Of a stretch of 24,378 nucleotides of DNA, positions 7,049 to 14,025 are shown piece by piece (within the stretch, counting starts at the first letter, position 1; each line of letters opens with the position of its first letter). A program made the translations under genes and the position numbers. The notes beneath the pieces were generated by a model. It had not been told where the DNA came from. It saw nothing but the letters and a program-made list of their open reading frames with translations, and did not search any database. Source of the stretch: an uncultured virus (IMG/VR IMGVR_UViG_3300047462_000030) (taxonomy: Duplodnaviria; Heunggongvirae; Uroviricota; Caudoviricetes); IMG/VR virus record IMGVR_UViG_3300047462_000030; one strand, 5' to 3'.

Positions 7049-7129
7049 TGTAAAAACTTTTGACGGAAATCTTGTAAGTATTTGAAATCATTCAGTGTCG
7101 AACTTTTTTACATGTATAAACTTTTGACA
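7049..7129. promoter_or_regulatory. Three TGT-N11-AC(A/G) dyad sites, candidate enhancer for a sigma-54 activator
   Basis: TGTaaaaacttttgACG 7049-7065, TGTcgaacttttttACA 7096-7112, TGTataaacttttgACA 7113-7129. Confidence 0.55.
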
Positions 7130-7222
7130 CTCGGAAAATTTCCTATAATGAATTGCTCTCCCTCATCTAGCAGGTCTAAGTGATTAGCAATCGTTTTGCT
7201 TATCTATCGTTGTGGATTACAA

Positions 7223-7331
7223 GCAACTCTCATGCCAAACATTTTTCTACCTATCGCAATTCTCATGCCGGCATTCTTTTTGCATGGTCTTGTATTGTGG
7301 TATAGTATTTGCTAATGCAAGAGTAGGGCCT
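7223..7331. promoter_or_regulatory. Cluster of five sigma-54-like GG-N10-GC boxes on both strands
   Basis: Minus: TTGGCATGAGAGTTGC 7238-7223, CGGCATGAGAATTGC 7270-7256, AGGCCCTACTCTTGCA 7331-7316. Plus: CGGCATTCTTTTTGCA 7269-7284, TGGTATAGTATTTGCT 7298-7313. Confidence 0.65.
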
Positions 7332-7359
7332 GGTAGGGGGGTAGGGTAGTCTTGGGGGG
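7326..7359 (+). other. Putative G-quadruplex-forming sequence
   Basis: GGG-cctggta-GGGGGG-ta-GGG-tagtctt-GGGGGG fits G3+N1-7 four times. Confidence 0.55.
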
Positions 7360-7443
7360 CAATTGCAGTTGACATAGCTCACTGGAATTCTTTAGGAATA
7401 TTGAATATAGAAACATTACAAATCCAGCTAAAATTAGGTCATT

Positions 7444-7454
7444 TTAACAACTAT
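7444..7454 (+). promoter_or_regulatory. Phage-specific motif TTAACAACTAT (putative late promoter)
   Basis: Same 11-mer at 8097, 11709, 22223 and 23315, each at a gene boundary. Confidence 0.65.
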
Positions 7455-7531
7455 TATAGAAACGTATAGATTTACTAGGTTTATCTTCATTTTGACCTAG
7501 TTTTGGTTTAAATACGAGAAAAATGAACAGC

Positions 7532-7544
7532 TAAGTTATTGATT
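7532..7544. promoter_or_regulatory. IHF consensus site
   Basis: TAAGTTATTGATT is an exact match to YAANNNNTTGATW. Confidence 0.55.
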
Positions 7545-7603
7545 GTACTATTTAGAATGCAATCGAGAACTTAGTAATAACAATATGCTATTATAGAAAT
7601 TAT

Positions 7604-8089
7604 ATGAAATACAATTATAGAAACAAGTTAGAACATCTATTACAACCTGGTATTTATGGTATATTAAACAATAGAAATAAATCTATTTACATAGGTTATG
7701 GGGTTAATATGCTACAATCTGTATCTAGACAACTAGATATGATACAATCTAAAACTCATAGTCATTTTCCTCATACCACTAAAGTTAGTTCATTACAAGT
7801 GTTTATTATAGAAACTTGTCCTAATGATCTAGAATGCCTCAAGCTTTGTCAAACTACTTGGGCTGATACCTACCTAGCTAAAGGATATAAAGTCCTTAAT
7901 ATAGCCCGTCTATTGCGTTATAAAGTAAAAATTAAAGTAGATCAAGATTACAACATCCTAGTGTGTCTAGTTAGCTCTAATAAGAAATACAAGGTCATTA
8001 ATACCTTTAAACATATGCAAGATGCTATAGCTTATTCCAAACTTCTAGAACAAGAAATAACACAAGTATATGGTAAAAGGGAACAATAG
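7604..8089 (+). CDS. GIY-YIG-fold protein, probably catalytically degenerate
   Basis: PGIYGILNNRNKSIYIGY motif; the catalytic Arg and Glu positions appear substituted. Confidence 0.75.
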   Translation: MKYNYRNKLEHLLQPGIYGILNNRNKSIYIGYGVNMLQSVSRQLDMIQSKTHSHFPHTTKVSSLQVFIIETCPNDLECLKLCQTTWADTYLAKGYKVLNIARLLRYKVKIKVDQDYNILVCLVSSNKKYKVINTFKHMQDAIAYSKLLEQEITQVYGKREQ

Positions 8090-8096
8090 TGACCTT

Positions 8097-8107
8097 TTAA
8101 CAACTAT
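8097..8107 (+). promoter_or_regulatory. TTAACAACTAT motif (putative late promoter)
   Basis: Exact intergenic copy. Confidence 0.65.
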
Positions 8108-8229
8108 AATGGAAAGCGTGCTAGACAACGCTACCGCTCACTTCGCTTCGCACGTTCGCTCTAAGCAATAGCAAAGAGCAACAGCAGTAGCTAGAACGTA
8201 CACGCTGGACTCTGTCCAAAGGTTTTTTA

Positions 8230-8379
8230 ATGGCATATAAGTTTATATTCATAGGAGCAATTGTATTAAGCGTTTTGATAGCGATGTCGATACAGATATC
8301 TGTACACAAATCCTCCAAGCTCAAGAAGAAATCCAAGAAGCACAATTTGAAAGTGATAAAGGGAGGGAAGATCTTTTGA
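8230..8379 (+). CDS. Small membrane protein with a basic tail (49 aa, absent from the ORF track)
   Basis: MAYKFIFIGAIVLSVLIAMSI...KKKSKKHNLKVIKGGKIF; its stop overlaps the next TTG start. Confidence 0.6.
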   Translation: MAYKFIFIGAIVLSVLIAMSIQISVHKSSKLKKKSKKHNLKVIKGGKIF

Positions 8380-8564
8380 ATCTTACCTTTATCCTAAAGA
8401 AAGATAATACAACAAAGATTGTTAAAGACTTTGTATATAACTTTGCTCCCACTACCTATTATGATCATGGTGGGGTTTTAAGAATAGATGAATACAATTT
8501 TGTCATCCGTAAGGGTGATAAAGTCTATTATGAATTTGTTGCACCTAAGAAAAGACTTGACTAA
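8376..8564 (+). CDS. Hypothetical protein
   Basis: 62 aa; TTG start with GGAGG RBS. Confidence 0.6.
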   Translation: MNLTFILKKDNTTKIVKDFVYNFAPTTYYDHGGVLRIDEYNFVIRKGDKVYYEFVAPKKRLD

Positions 8565-8584
8565 TGCGTAATATGTGTTATAAT
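8557..8584 (+). promoter_or_regulatory. Sigma70-type promoter
   Basis: TTGACT, 16-nt spacer, TATAAT with extended TG. Confidence 0.55.
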
Positions 8585-8673
8585 AGCTGTATGTTTATTG
8601 CAGATAAGCAACTAGAGCATCTATTTGTATTTATTGTATTGTTGGGTATTCTTGGTTGGGTGGTATCTAGGGA

Positions 8674-8877
8674 ATGAAGAAGGTTAATAGCTCTCACCTT
8701 AATTTTGTACACTATGACCCCTCTACAAAGACTTGTATGGTGCAATTTAAGAATGGGGATACATACCACTATCAAGGTATGTCTCAAGAAGCTTATAATG
8801 CATTTTTAAATGCTAAATCTCCAGGTCAACACCTGAGAAACAATATAATTGGTAAGTACACACAAAGGAAGGTATAA
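8674..8877 (+). CDS. KTSC-domain protein
   Basis: V.SS.L..V.YD......V.FKNG..Y.Y..M....Y..F..A.S.G......I...Y pattern; 67 aa. Confidence 0.88.
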   Translation: MKKVNSSHLNFVHYDPSTKTCMVQFKNGDTYHYQGMSQEAYNAFLNAKSPGQHLRNNIIGKYTQRKV

Positions 8878-9086
8878 TGAAAGATTCACAACTTGCAACA
8901 ATCGTAGTACAATCACTGGAAGATAAGATTAACCAAATGGCTTTAGATATTGAACAGTTAAAAGCTGTTCTAATCCCTAAACCTGAATTTCAAGGTTGTC
9001 AACATGAGTATCCTCAAAATTGGAACTCTACTGCTCTTCCAAGCTGTATTAAATGTAATAAACAATACGTTTATCAGGGGCGATAA
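8877..9086 (+). CDS. Coiled-coil plus Zn-finger-like protein
   Basis: Heptad-like N-terminus, then CQHEY...CIKC. Confidence 0.7.
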   Translation: MKDSQLATIVVQSLEDKINQMALDIEQLKAVLIPKPEFQGCQHEYPQNWNSTALPSCIKCNKQYVYQGR

Positions 9087-9087
9087 G

Positions 9088-9285
9088 ATGAGTATTTATG
9101 AAAAGTTAGATCTTATTATAGCCAAATTAGAACGTATTGAGAAACAACACACTAAAGATCCTGAAGTATCTAAACAAGCTGATTGTGATCATGATTTCCA
9201 TGTAGGTAGTCATGATATGGTATGTGATAAGTGCGAGCTTCATTTTCCTATTGATTTGTACGCTTCAACCCCTTGGTATAAGTAA
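9088..9285 (+). CDS. Coiled-coil plus Zn-finger-like protein
   Basis: Start moved to MSIYEKL, which follows an AGGGG RBS; CDHDF...CDKC. Confidence 0.7.
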   Translation: MSIYEKLDLIIAKLERIEKQHTKDPEVSKQADCDHDFHVGSHDMVCDKCELHFPIDLYASTPWYK

Positions 9286-9480
9286 TTGGAAGATAAGATA
9301 AAAGCTCTAATGGATCAAAAAGACTCTCTTATAAAAGAGCTTCAAGAACGTGTAGAGAAAGCTTCTGCTCCGGATAGATCTCCTTATATGTGTAATAAAT
9401 GTGGACAACATGTAAAGTTTACATTCGTTATAGCCCCTATTAGACTCTCTGGTTTATGCCCTTCTTGTTTTCATGAATAA
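9286..9480 (+). CDS. Coiled-coil plus Zn-ribbon protein
   Basis: TTG start; CNKC...CPSC. Confidence 0.6.
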   Translation: MEDKIKALMDQKDSLIKELQERVEKASAPDRSPYMCNKCGQHVKFTFVIAPIRLSGLCPSCFHE

Positions 9481-9486
9481 TAAAGC

Positions 9487-9515
9487 TTGACAAATATAGA
9501 AACATATGGTATAGT
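9487..9515 (+). promoter_or_regulatory. Sigma70-type promoter, probably producing a leaderless mRNA
   Basis: TTGACA, 17-nt spacer, TATAGT with extended TG; the ATG at 9522 begins 7 nt after the -10 box. Confidence 0.7.
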
Positions 9516-9521
9516 ATCTTT

Positions 9522-9875
9522 ATGAATGTGATTGAAAACGAAAATACTGTATTTTATGATGTTGATGACACGCTTGTGATGCATGACGTTGTATACGATG
9601 ATCATGATATCGTAATCATCAATCCCTATGATAATGCTCCTAACTACTTAGGTATTCATCAAAAGCATGTAGCTCTTATGAAACAACATAAAGGTAGGGG
9701 TAAGTTTATTGTTGTATGGTCTGCTGCTGGTGCTAAATGGGCAGAATCAGTGGTTAAAGCTTTATGTTTAGAATCCTTTGTAGATTTGATCATTACAAAG
9801 CCAAGTGCTTATATTGATGATCTACCTGGTAATGAGATCCTTGGAACACACATCTATTTAAAGGAAACAAAATGA
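9522..9875 (+). CDS. HAD-superfamily phosphatase-like protein
   Basis: Motif I FYDVDDTL, motif II VVWSA, motifs III/IV KP..YIDD. Confidence 0.85.
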   Translation: MNVIENENTVFYDVDDTLVMHDVVYDDHDIVIINPYDNAPNYLGIHQKHVALMKQHKGRGKFIVVWSAAGAKWAESVVKALCLESFVDLIITKPSAYIDDLPGNEILGTHIYLKETK

Positions 9876-10258
9876 AGAGTGAAATTGATTGGTTAGATAA
9901 GGTTCAAAAAAACTTTAGCGAACAAGAATTTTATAAACAAGAAATGGCTATATATGGTCGTGCTCCAGAAATTACAATTCAACCATTAAGTTCTATGACT
10001 GCTATGGGTATGTTTGCTGATGGTATGACTGTTCCAAATCCATCAACTGTTGGATGTTCTTGTATTGATTGTCAAAGACTCAGATCTAATATGTTACCAT
10101 CTATTTCTTATACTACTTCTAATATAAGCTGGATTGAAATTAATGGTCAAATTGAAGCTAGGTCAGTAGACGGTCTTCCAGGAGTTATACATTTTCAAGA
10201 TGGAAGATCTTGGACAACATCATCGCAATTTATGACTTCAGTGATCTTTTTATTATGA
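9872..10258 (+). CDS. Hypothetical protein with the shared tag at its N-terminus
   Basis: MKSEIDWLDKVQKNFSEQE; CSCIDC motif. Confidence 0.7.
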   Translation: MKSEIDWLDKVQKNFSEQEFYKQEMAIYGRAPEITIQPLSSMTAMGMFADGMTVPNPSTVGCSCIDCQRLRSNMLPSISYTTSNISWIEINGQIEARSVDGLPGVIHFQDGRSWTTSSQFMTSVIFLL

Positions 10259-10533
10259 TATTTAAACTATCCAGAGAATCTGGTCTTCCCATTGTAATGG
10301 AAGAAGATGAAGTTCATACTATTAAAACACTAGAAGCTCAAGGTCGATGGACCGAAGTAGAAGATTACTGTAAAGAACTTAGACAAGGTGAAGATCTTAA
10401 AGTGATCAGTATTGAAGCTGACACTATGGAAGAGTTAAAGCTATTTCTTACTACCCTAGAAGATGATTATAATTTTATTATTAACTTTAAGCATAAAACC
10501 ATTGTTATAGAAGACGGTGGAACCGACCAATGA
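10255..10533 (+). CDS. Hypothetical acidic protein
   Basis: Probable start MIFKLSR through an ATGA overlap. Confidence 0.65.
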   Translation: MIFKLSRESGLPIVMEEDEVHTIKTLEAQGRWTEVEDYCKELRQGEDLKVISIEADTMEELKLFLTTLEDDYNFIINFKHKTIVIEDGGTDQ

Positions 10534-10754
10534 AAGGGTATCAAATGCAAGAACTTCTTAAAGAAATCGAAGAGTTAGGACTTAAAGATCCTGTAGTATT
10601 TAGTTGGATTAATATGAGGAAACGATCTAATATCAAAGATGAAGACTCTTTGTTATATCTGTTTAAAGCTCTTATTAACTCTAAGAACACAGCTCTTAAG
10701 GTATTAGAGAAACATAAACAAGATTCTAAAGTAATCAGCATAAGGAGAAAGTAA
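10530..10754 (+). CDS. Hypothetical protein
   Basis: 74 aa; ATGA overlap. Confidence 0.65.
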   Translation: MKGYQMQELLKEIEELGLKDPVVFSWINMRKRSNIKDEDSLLYLFKALINSKNTALKVLEKHKQDSKVISIRRK

Positions 10755-10806
10755 TGAAAAGACAACCTACAAAAACAAAACGCTCAGGTAATGGAACTCA
10801 TCGTAA

Positions 10807-10908
10807 ATGAAACAAGCCATCTTTATAACCACTTTATTGGTTATATATTTCACTGCTGGTCTATATCTTATTGGAGCTATGGACCATGCAATGGGGTTAA
10901 TTAAATGA
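10807..10908 (+). CDS. Small membrane peptide (33 aa)
   Basis: MKQAIFITTLLVIYFTAGLYLIGAMDHAMGLIK; ATGA coupling to the next gene. Confidence 0.45.
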   Translation: MKQAIFITTLLVIYFTAGLYLIGAMDHAMGLIK

Positions 10909-11096
10909 ACGCAAGACATTGTAAAGACTGTAAATTATTAAAGAATCGTATCCAGGATGGAAAGTTCTCTAATGGTCGTGATAAACGATGGTTAGACGAA
11001 AATGGTAAGCTTTGGAATGGTAATAGATGCCCAGATTGTGTAGTACTTAAAGTACGAGAATCTATGAGGATTTCAAGGAGTAAAGTAACGTCCTGA
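10905..11096 (+). CDS. Zn-binding hypothetical protein
   Basis: CKDC...CPDC; 63 aa. Confidence 0.7.
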   Translation: MNARHCKDCKLLKNRIQDGKFSNGRDKRWLDENGKLWNGNRCPDCVVLKVRESMRISRSKVTS

Positions 11097-11534
11097 TGGT
11101 CCAGGTGCTCGTAAATCCACGTGTACCCAAGTTGTCGTCCCACGCTCCATTCTAATGCCAAGTTGCTCTAATAGCGGTTCTAATACGTTCTTAACATCAT
11201 CAATACTCATTGTATTGTTGCAGTCAAAATCACAAGCCAAATTCATAGCATGAACATCCATACCAGTTGGAGGTAGGATATTTTGTTCTAAATTGTATTG
11301 AGGACTTCTAAACATACAATGAACATTCATAGGACAATTAAGTGCAGATCTTACCGTCTCTAATGCATTGCATAAGGCAGTCAATTTAGTGTAGTCTGCG
11401 CCATCTGCAACTGTTGCGAGCCTATTCCAATTGTGAAGCATTAGAGCATCGCTAACCGTAAAATGTTTAGTTATTTGATGGTCGGGATTTGTCCAATCAA
11501 TTTGATCTGCAAATGCTTGTTCTTGGTCATCCAT
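11073..11534 (-). CDS. Endolysin-like peptidase M15 (Zn D-Ala-D-Ala peptidase fold)
   Basis: HFT..D, FRS..YN, H....A.D and WVHVD motifs; GGAG RBS. Confidence 0.85.
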   Translation of the reverse strand: MDDQEQAFADQIDWTNPDHQITKHFTVSDALMLHNWNRLATVADGADYTKLTALCNALETVRSALNCPMNVHCMFRSPQYNLEQNILPPTGMDVHAMNLACDFDCNNTMSIDDVKNVLEPLLEQLGIRMERGTTTWVHVDLRAPGPSGRYFTP

Positions 11535-11685
11535 CGCGTTTTTCTCCCTTGGGTATGCTAACTAATCTTTTTGTAATTTTTGTGCAATATCCACAACTTA
11601 TACATTTAAGCCAGCCATAAAGACTGGGATGATCTAACATCCAAGCATTACAAACTGGGCATACCGGACTCTGTTCAATAGGCAT
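11527..11685 (-). CDS. Zn-ribbon protein (52 aa, absent from the ORF track)
   Basis: MPIEQSPVCPVC...WLKCISCGYC...; overlaps the endolysin start. Confidence 0.65.
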   Translation of the reverse strand: MPIEQSPVCPVCNAWMLDHPSLYGWLKCISCGYCTKITKRLVSIPKGEKRDG

Positions 11686-11690
11686 AATAA

Positions 11691-11719
11691 AGTTGTTAAT
11701 CTTCTAATTTAACAACTAT
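11691..11719. promoter_or_regulatory. Back-to-back pair of TTAACAACT motifs (putative divergent late promoters)
   Basis: AGTTGTTAA 11691-11699, 9-nt gap, TTAACAACTAT 11709-11719, between divergent gene units. Confidence 0.7.
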
Positions 11720-11841
11720 ACGTAGATATATGAAGCAATGCTGGAAGCCCATGGGGCAATTGATCCATAGAGATCAGATAATCGCAGCTCACGCCAATAA
11801 GATATCTAAACGTTAGTAATATTAATAGGTTAGGAGTATAC

Positions 11842-12156
11842 ATGGAAAAGTATATAAAATGGATTCCGTTGTCTCTTTTTTGCCTCACTATGGGTAAGAT
11901 TCTCATACTTGGAGCAAGCTGGGAGAGTGTCGGGTTGGCCTTTATTTCTGGAGCATTGACCGCTCTATACGAATATAAGAACCACGACAAACAAGTTAAA
12001 GCGCTTGAAAAGAAAGTTGAAGATATTATTTCTGCAGCTAATAATCAAGCAAAAGCCATTGAAGAGATAAGAAGCTCATTAGGTTCAGTTAGAATTGCTC
12101 AGCAAGCTAAGAACTTAACAGGCCCTGCTCAAACTCCAATGCAACGTATATTTTAA
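11842..12156 (+). CDS. Two-TM membrane protein with coiled coil (holin candidate)
   Basis: Two hydrophobic segments, then a coiled coil; AGGAG RBS; adjacent to the endolysin unit. Confidence 0.6.
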   Translation: MEKYIKWIPLSLFCLTMGKILILGASWESVGLAFISGALTALYEYKNHDKQVKALEKKVEDIISAANNQAKAIEEIRSSLGSVRIAQQAKNLTGPAQTPMQRIF

Positions 12157-12169
12157 AAGAGATTTATAA

Positions 12170-12583
12170 ATGTCTGATTTGAATATTAAAGAAGCTAAAG
12201 AATATAAAAAACTTGAGACCTTCTCTAATGCGCAAACTAATACAATCATTGAGCTATCTCGTAAGTTAAAGACTGCTCAAGATGAGATCACACATCTTAA
12301 AAAGCTATTAGAAGGTTCTGTTCCTCTTATTCAATCTCAATCTGATAAGATTATATCTAATGCTGGTGATCAAGAATATATTTGTCGTACTGAAATCAAT
12401 AAGTTACGCGGTATATCTAATGAAAGAGAACTTACACTAGAAGAAACCAAGAAACTTGATATTTTTTCTAAAATATTAAAAGACTTAGCCACTTCACCAA
12501 AAGGTTTAGATCAACCTGCTAAAAAAGCAACTGATGAAGAACTACTTGCCGCAATTGAATCAGAATCGAATACTAAACAATGA
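12170..12583 (+). CDS. Putative terminase small subunit
   Basis: 137 aa, helical, ATGA-coupled directly upstream of the large terminase; called by position only. Confidence 0.5.
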   Translation: MSDLNIKEAKEYKKLETFSNAQTNTIIELSRKLKTAQDEITHLKKLLEGSVPLIQSQSDKIISNAGDQEYICRTEINKLRGISNERELTLEETKKLDIFSKILKDLATSPKGLDQPAKKATDEELLAAIESESNTKQ

Positions 12584-14025
12584 ATTTAACTAAGGCAGAA
12601 GCTATAGCAGAATTCTGGAATAGAGGTAACTTAAAATATAAGTGTCATCCTATTCAAAAGGAAATGTACAACATTTTCTATGAAGCTCCTAAGCATTCTA
12701 CCCTTGTATGGCTACTTGCTCGTCAATCTGGTAAAAGTTATCTTTTAGGTATTCTTGCATTAGAACAAGCATTTAGACATGCTAATTCCATTATTAAAAT
12801 GGTAACAGATACTAAGCTACATCTTAAGTCAATCTTTGAAAAAATCTTTGAAGACCTTCTTGCAGATTGCCCAGAAAAGCTTAAACCAGATTTCAAAGAA
12901 AAAACATATACCTACTATTTCACTAATGGATCTCAAATCCAATTAGCCGGTACTGATAATAAGCACTATGAAAAACTTCGAGGACAAAAGGCTCATTTAG
13001 TTTTAATTGATGAAGCAGGTTTTTGTAACGATTTTTCTGATGTTGTTGATAGCGTTCTCTTTCCTACTACCACTCATACTGGTGGTAAGATCGTAATGGC
13101 CTCAACTCCTCCAGAACAATTAGACCATGATTTCTTTAAGTATATAGAAGTTGCTGAGAATGAAACATTTCTAACAAAGAAAACAATTCACGATAACCCG
13201 CTTCTTGATAAACCTCAAATTGAACAAATCATAAAGAAGATGGGTGGGATTAACTCAGAACGCTTTAGAAGAGAGTATCTTTGTGAAGTTGTTAAAGATC
13301 CTAATATGTCTGTTATTCCTGAGTTTGATGATGACCTTATCAAACAAATTGTAAAGGAATGGCCAACTCCTCCCCATTATGATTGTTATGAAGCTATGGA
13401 TCTTGGTGGAGTAGATTTAACTGTTTGCCTATTTGGTTATTATGATTTTAGAGCAGATAAGATTATAATTCAAGATGAACTTATTATGGACTTTTCTGAG
13501 CAAAATAATACAATAGCAAAGCTTACAGAAAATATTCAAAACAAAGAAAAAGAACTTTGGACAAGTCCTATGACGTTAGAAGTTAAGAAACCTTATCTTC
13601 GCGTTAGTGATATTGATTATATGGTAACTGGCGAAATTCTAAAATATAGCAATTACCAAATGAACTTTCAAGCTACAAAAAAAGATGATAACAATTCAGC
13701 TATCAATGACTTACGTCAGCTATTAGCTTCTAAAAAGATTATAATCCATCCTCGTTGTGTTAATTTAATAAGACATTTAAAAAACGTAAGATGGGCCAGT
13801 AAAACAAATAAACTTAAGTTCGCAAGAAGTCCAGATAACGGACATTACGATGCAGTGGACGCATTAAAGTATTTCGTTAGGTCTGTCATATTTACCAGGA
13901 ACCCATATCCTTCACATTATGATTTTAAGATGAAAGATCTATTTGTGGTTGATCCTGTTAGGTTTGAAAATAAACAAATTGATGTTTACCGTCAAATTTT
14001 TAATGTAAAAAGGAAAAGAACATAA
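12580..14025 (+). CDS. terL: Terminase large subunit
   Basis: Walker A ARQSGKS, LRG, Walker B LVLIDEAG, motif III ASTP, F.REY.CE, nuclease acidic motifs MDLG and HYDAVDALKY. Confidence 0.95.
   Translation: MNLTKAEAIAEFWNRGNLKYKCHPIQKEMYNIFYEAPKHSTLVWLLARQSGKSYLLGILALEQAFRHANSIIKMVTDTKLHLKSIFEKIFEDLLADCPEKLKPDFKEKTYTYYFTNGSQIQLAGTDNKHYEKLRGQKAHLVLIDEAGFCNDFSDVVDSVLFPTTTHTGGKIVMASTPPEQLDHDFFKYIEVAENETFLTKKTIHDNPLLDKPQIEQIIKKMGGINSERFRREYLCEVVKDPNMSVIPEFDDDLIKQIVKEWPTPPHYDCYEAMDLGGVDLTVCLFGYYDFRADKIIIQDELIMDFSEQNNTIAKLTENIQNKEKELWTSPMTLEVKKPYLRVSDIDYMVTGEILKYSNYQMNFQATKKDDNNSAINDLRQLLASKKIIIHPRCVNLIRHLKNVRWASKTNKLKFARSPDNGHYDAVDALKYFVRSVIFTRNPYPSHYDFKMKDLFVVDPVRFENKQIDVYRQIFNVKRKRT

Noticed and set aside
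6465..8089. Group I intron with a GIY-YIG homing endonuclease
   Set aside because: No interrupted host gene and no recognisable P7 core. The ORF is on the opposite strand, about 700 bp from the structured segment.
11527..11685. Suspected frameshift in the Zn-ribbon ORF
   Set aside because: On re-reading, the frame is continuous (CCC AGT CTT TAT GGC TGG).
8121..11990. Minus-strand ORFs 8121-8345, 8578-8787, 10541-10765, 10901-11161 and 11709-11990
   Set aside because: They overlap better-supported plus-strand genes and show no motifs.
13287..13295. Minus-strand TTAACAACT inside terL
   Set aside because: Intragenic, antisense and lacking the AT extension; about one chance 9-mer is plausible in AT-rich sequence of this length.
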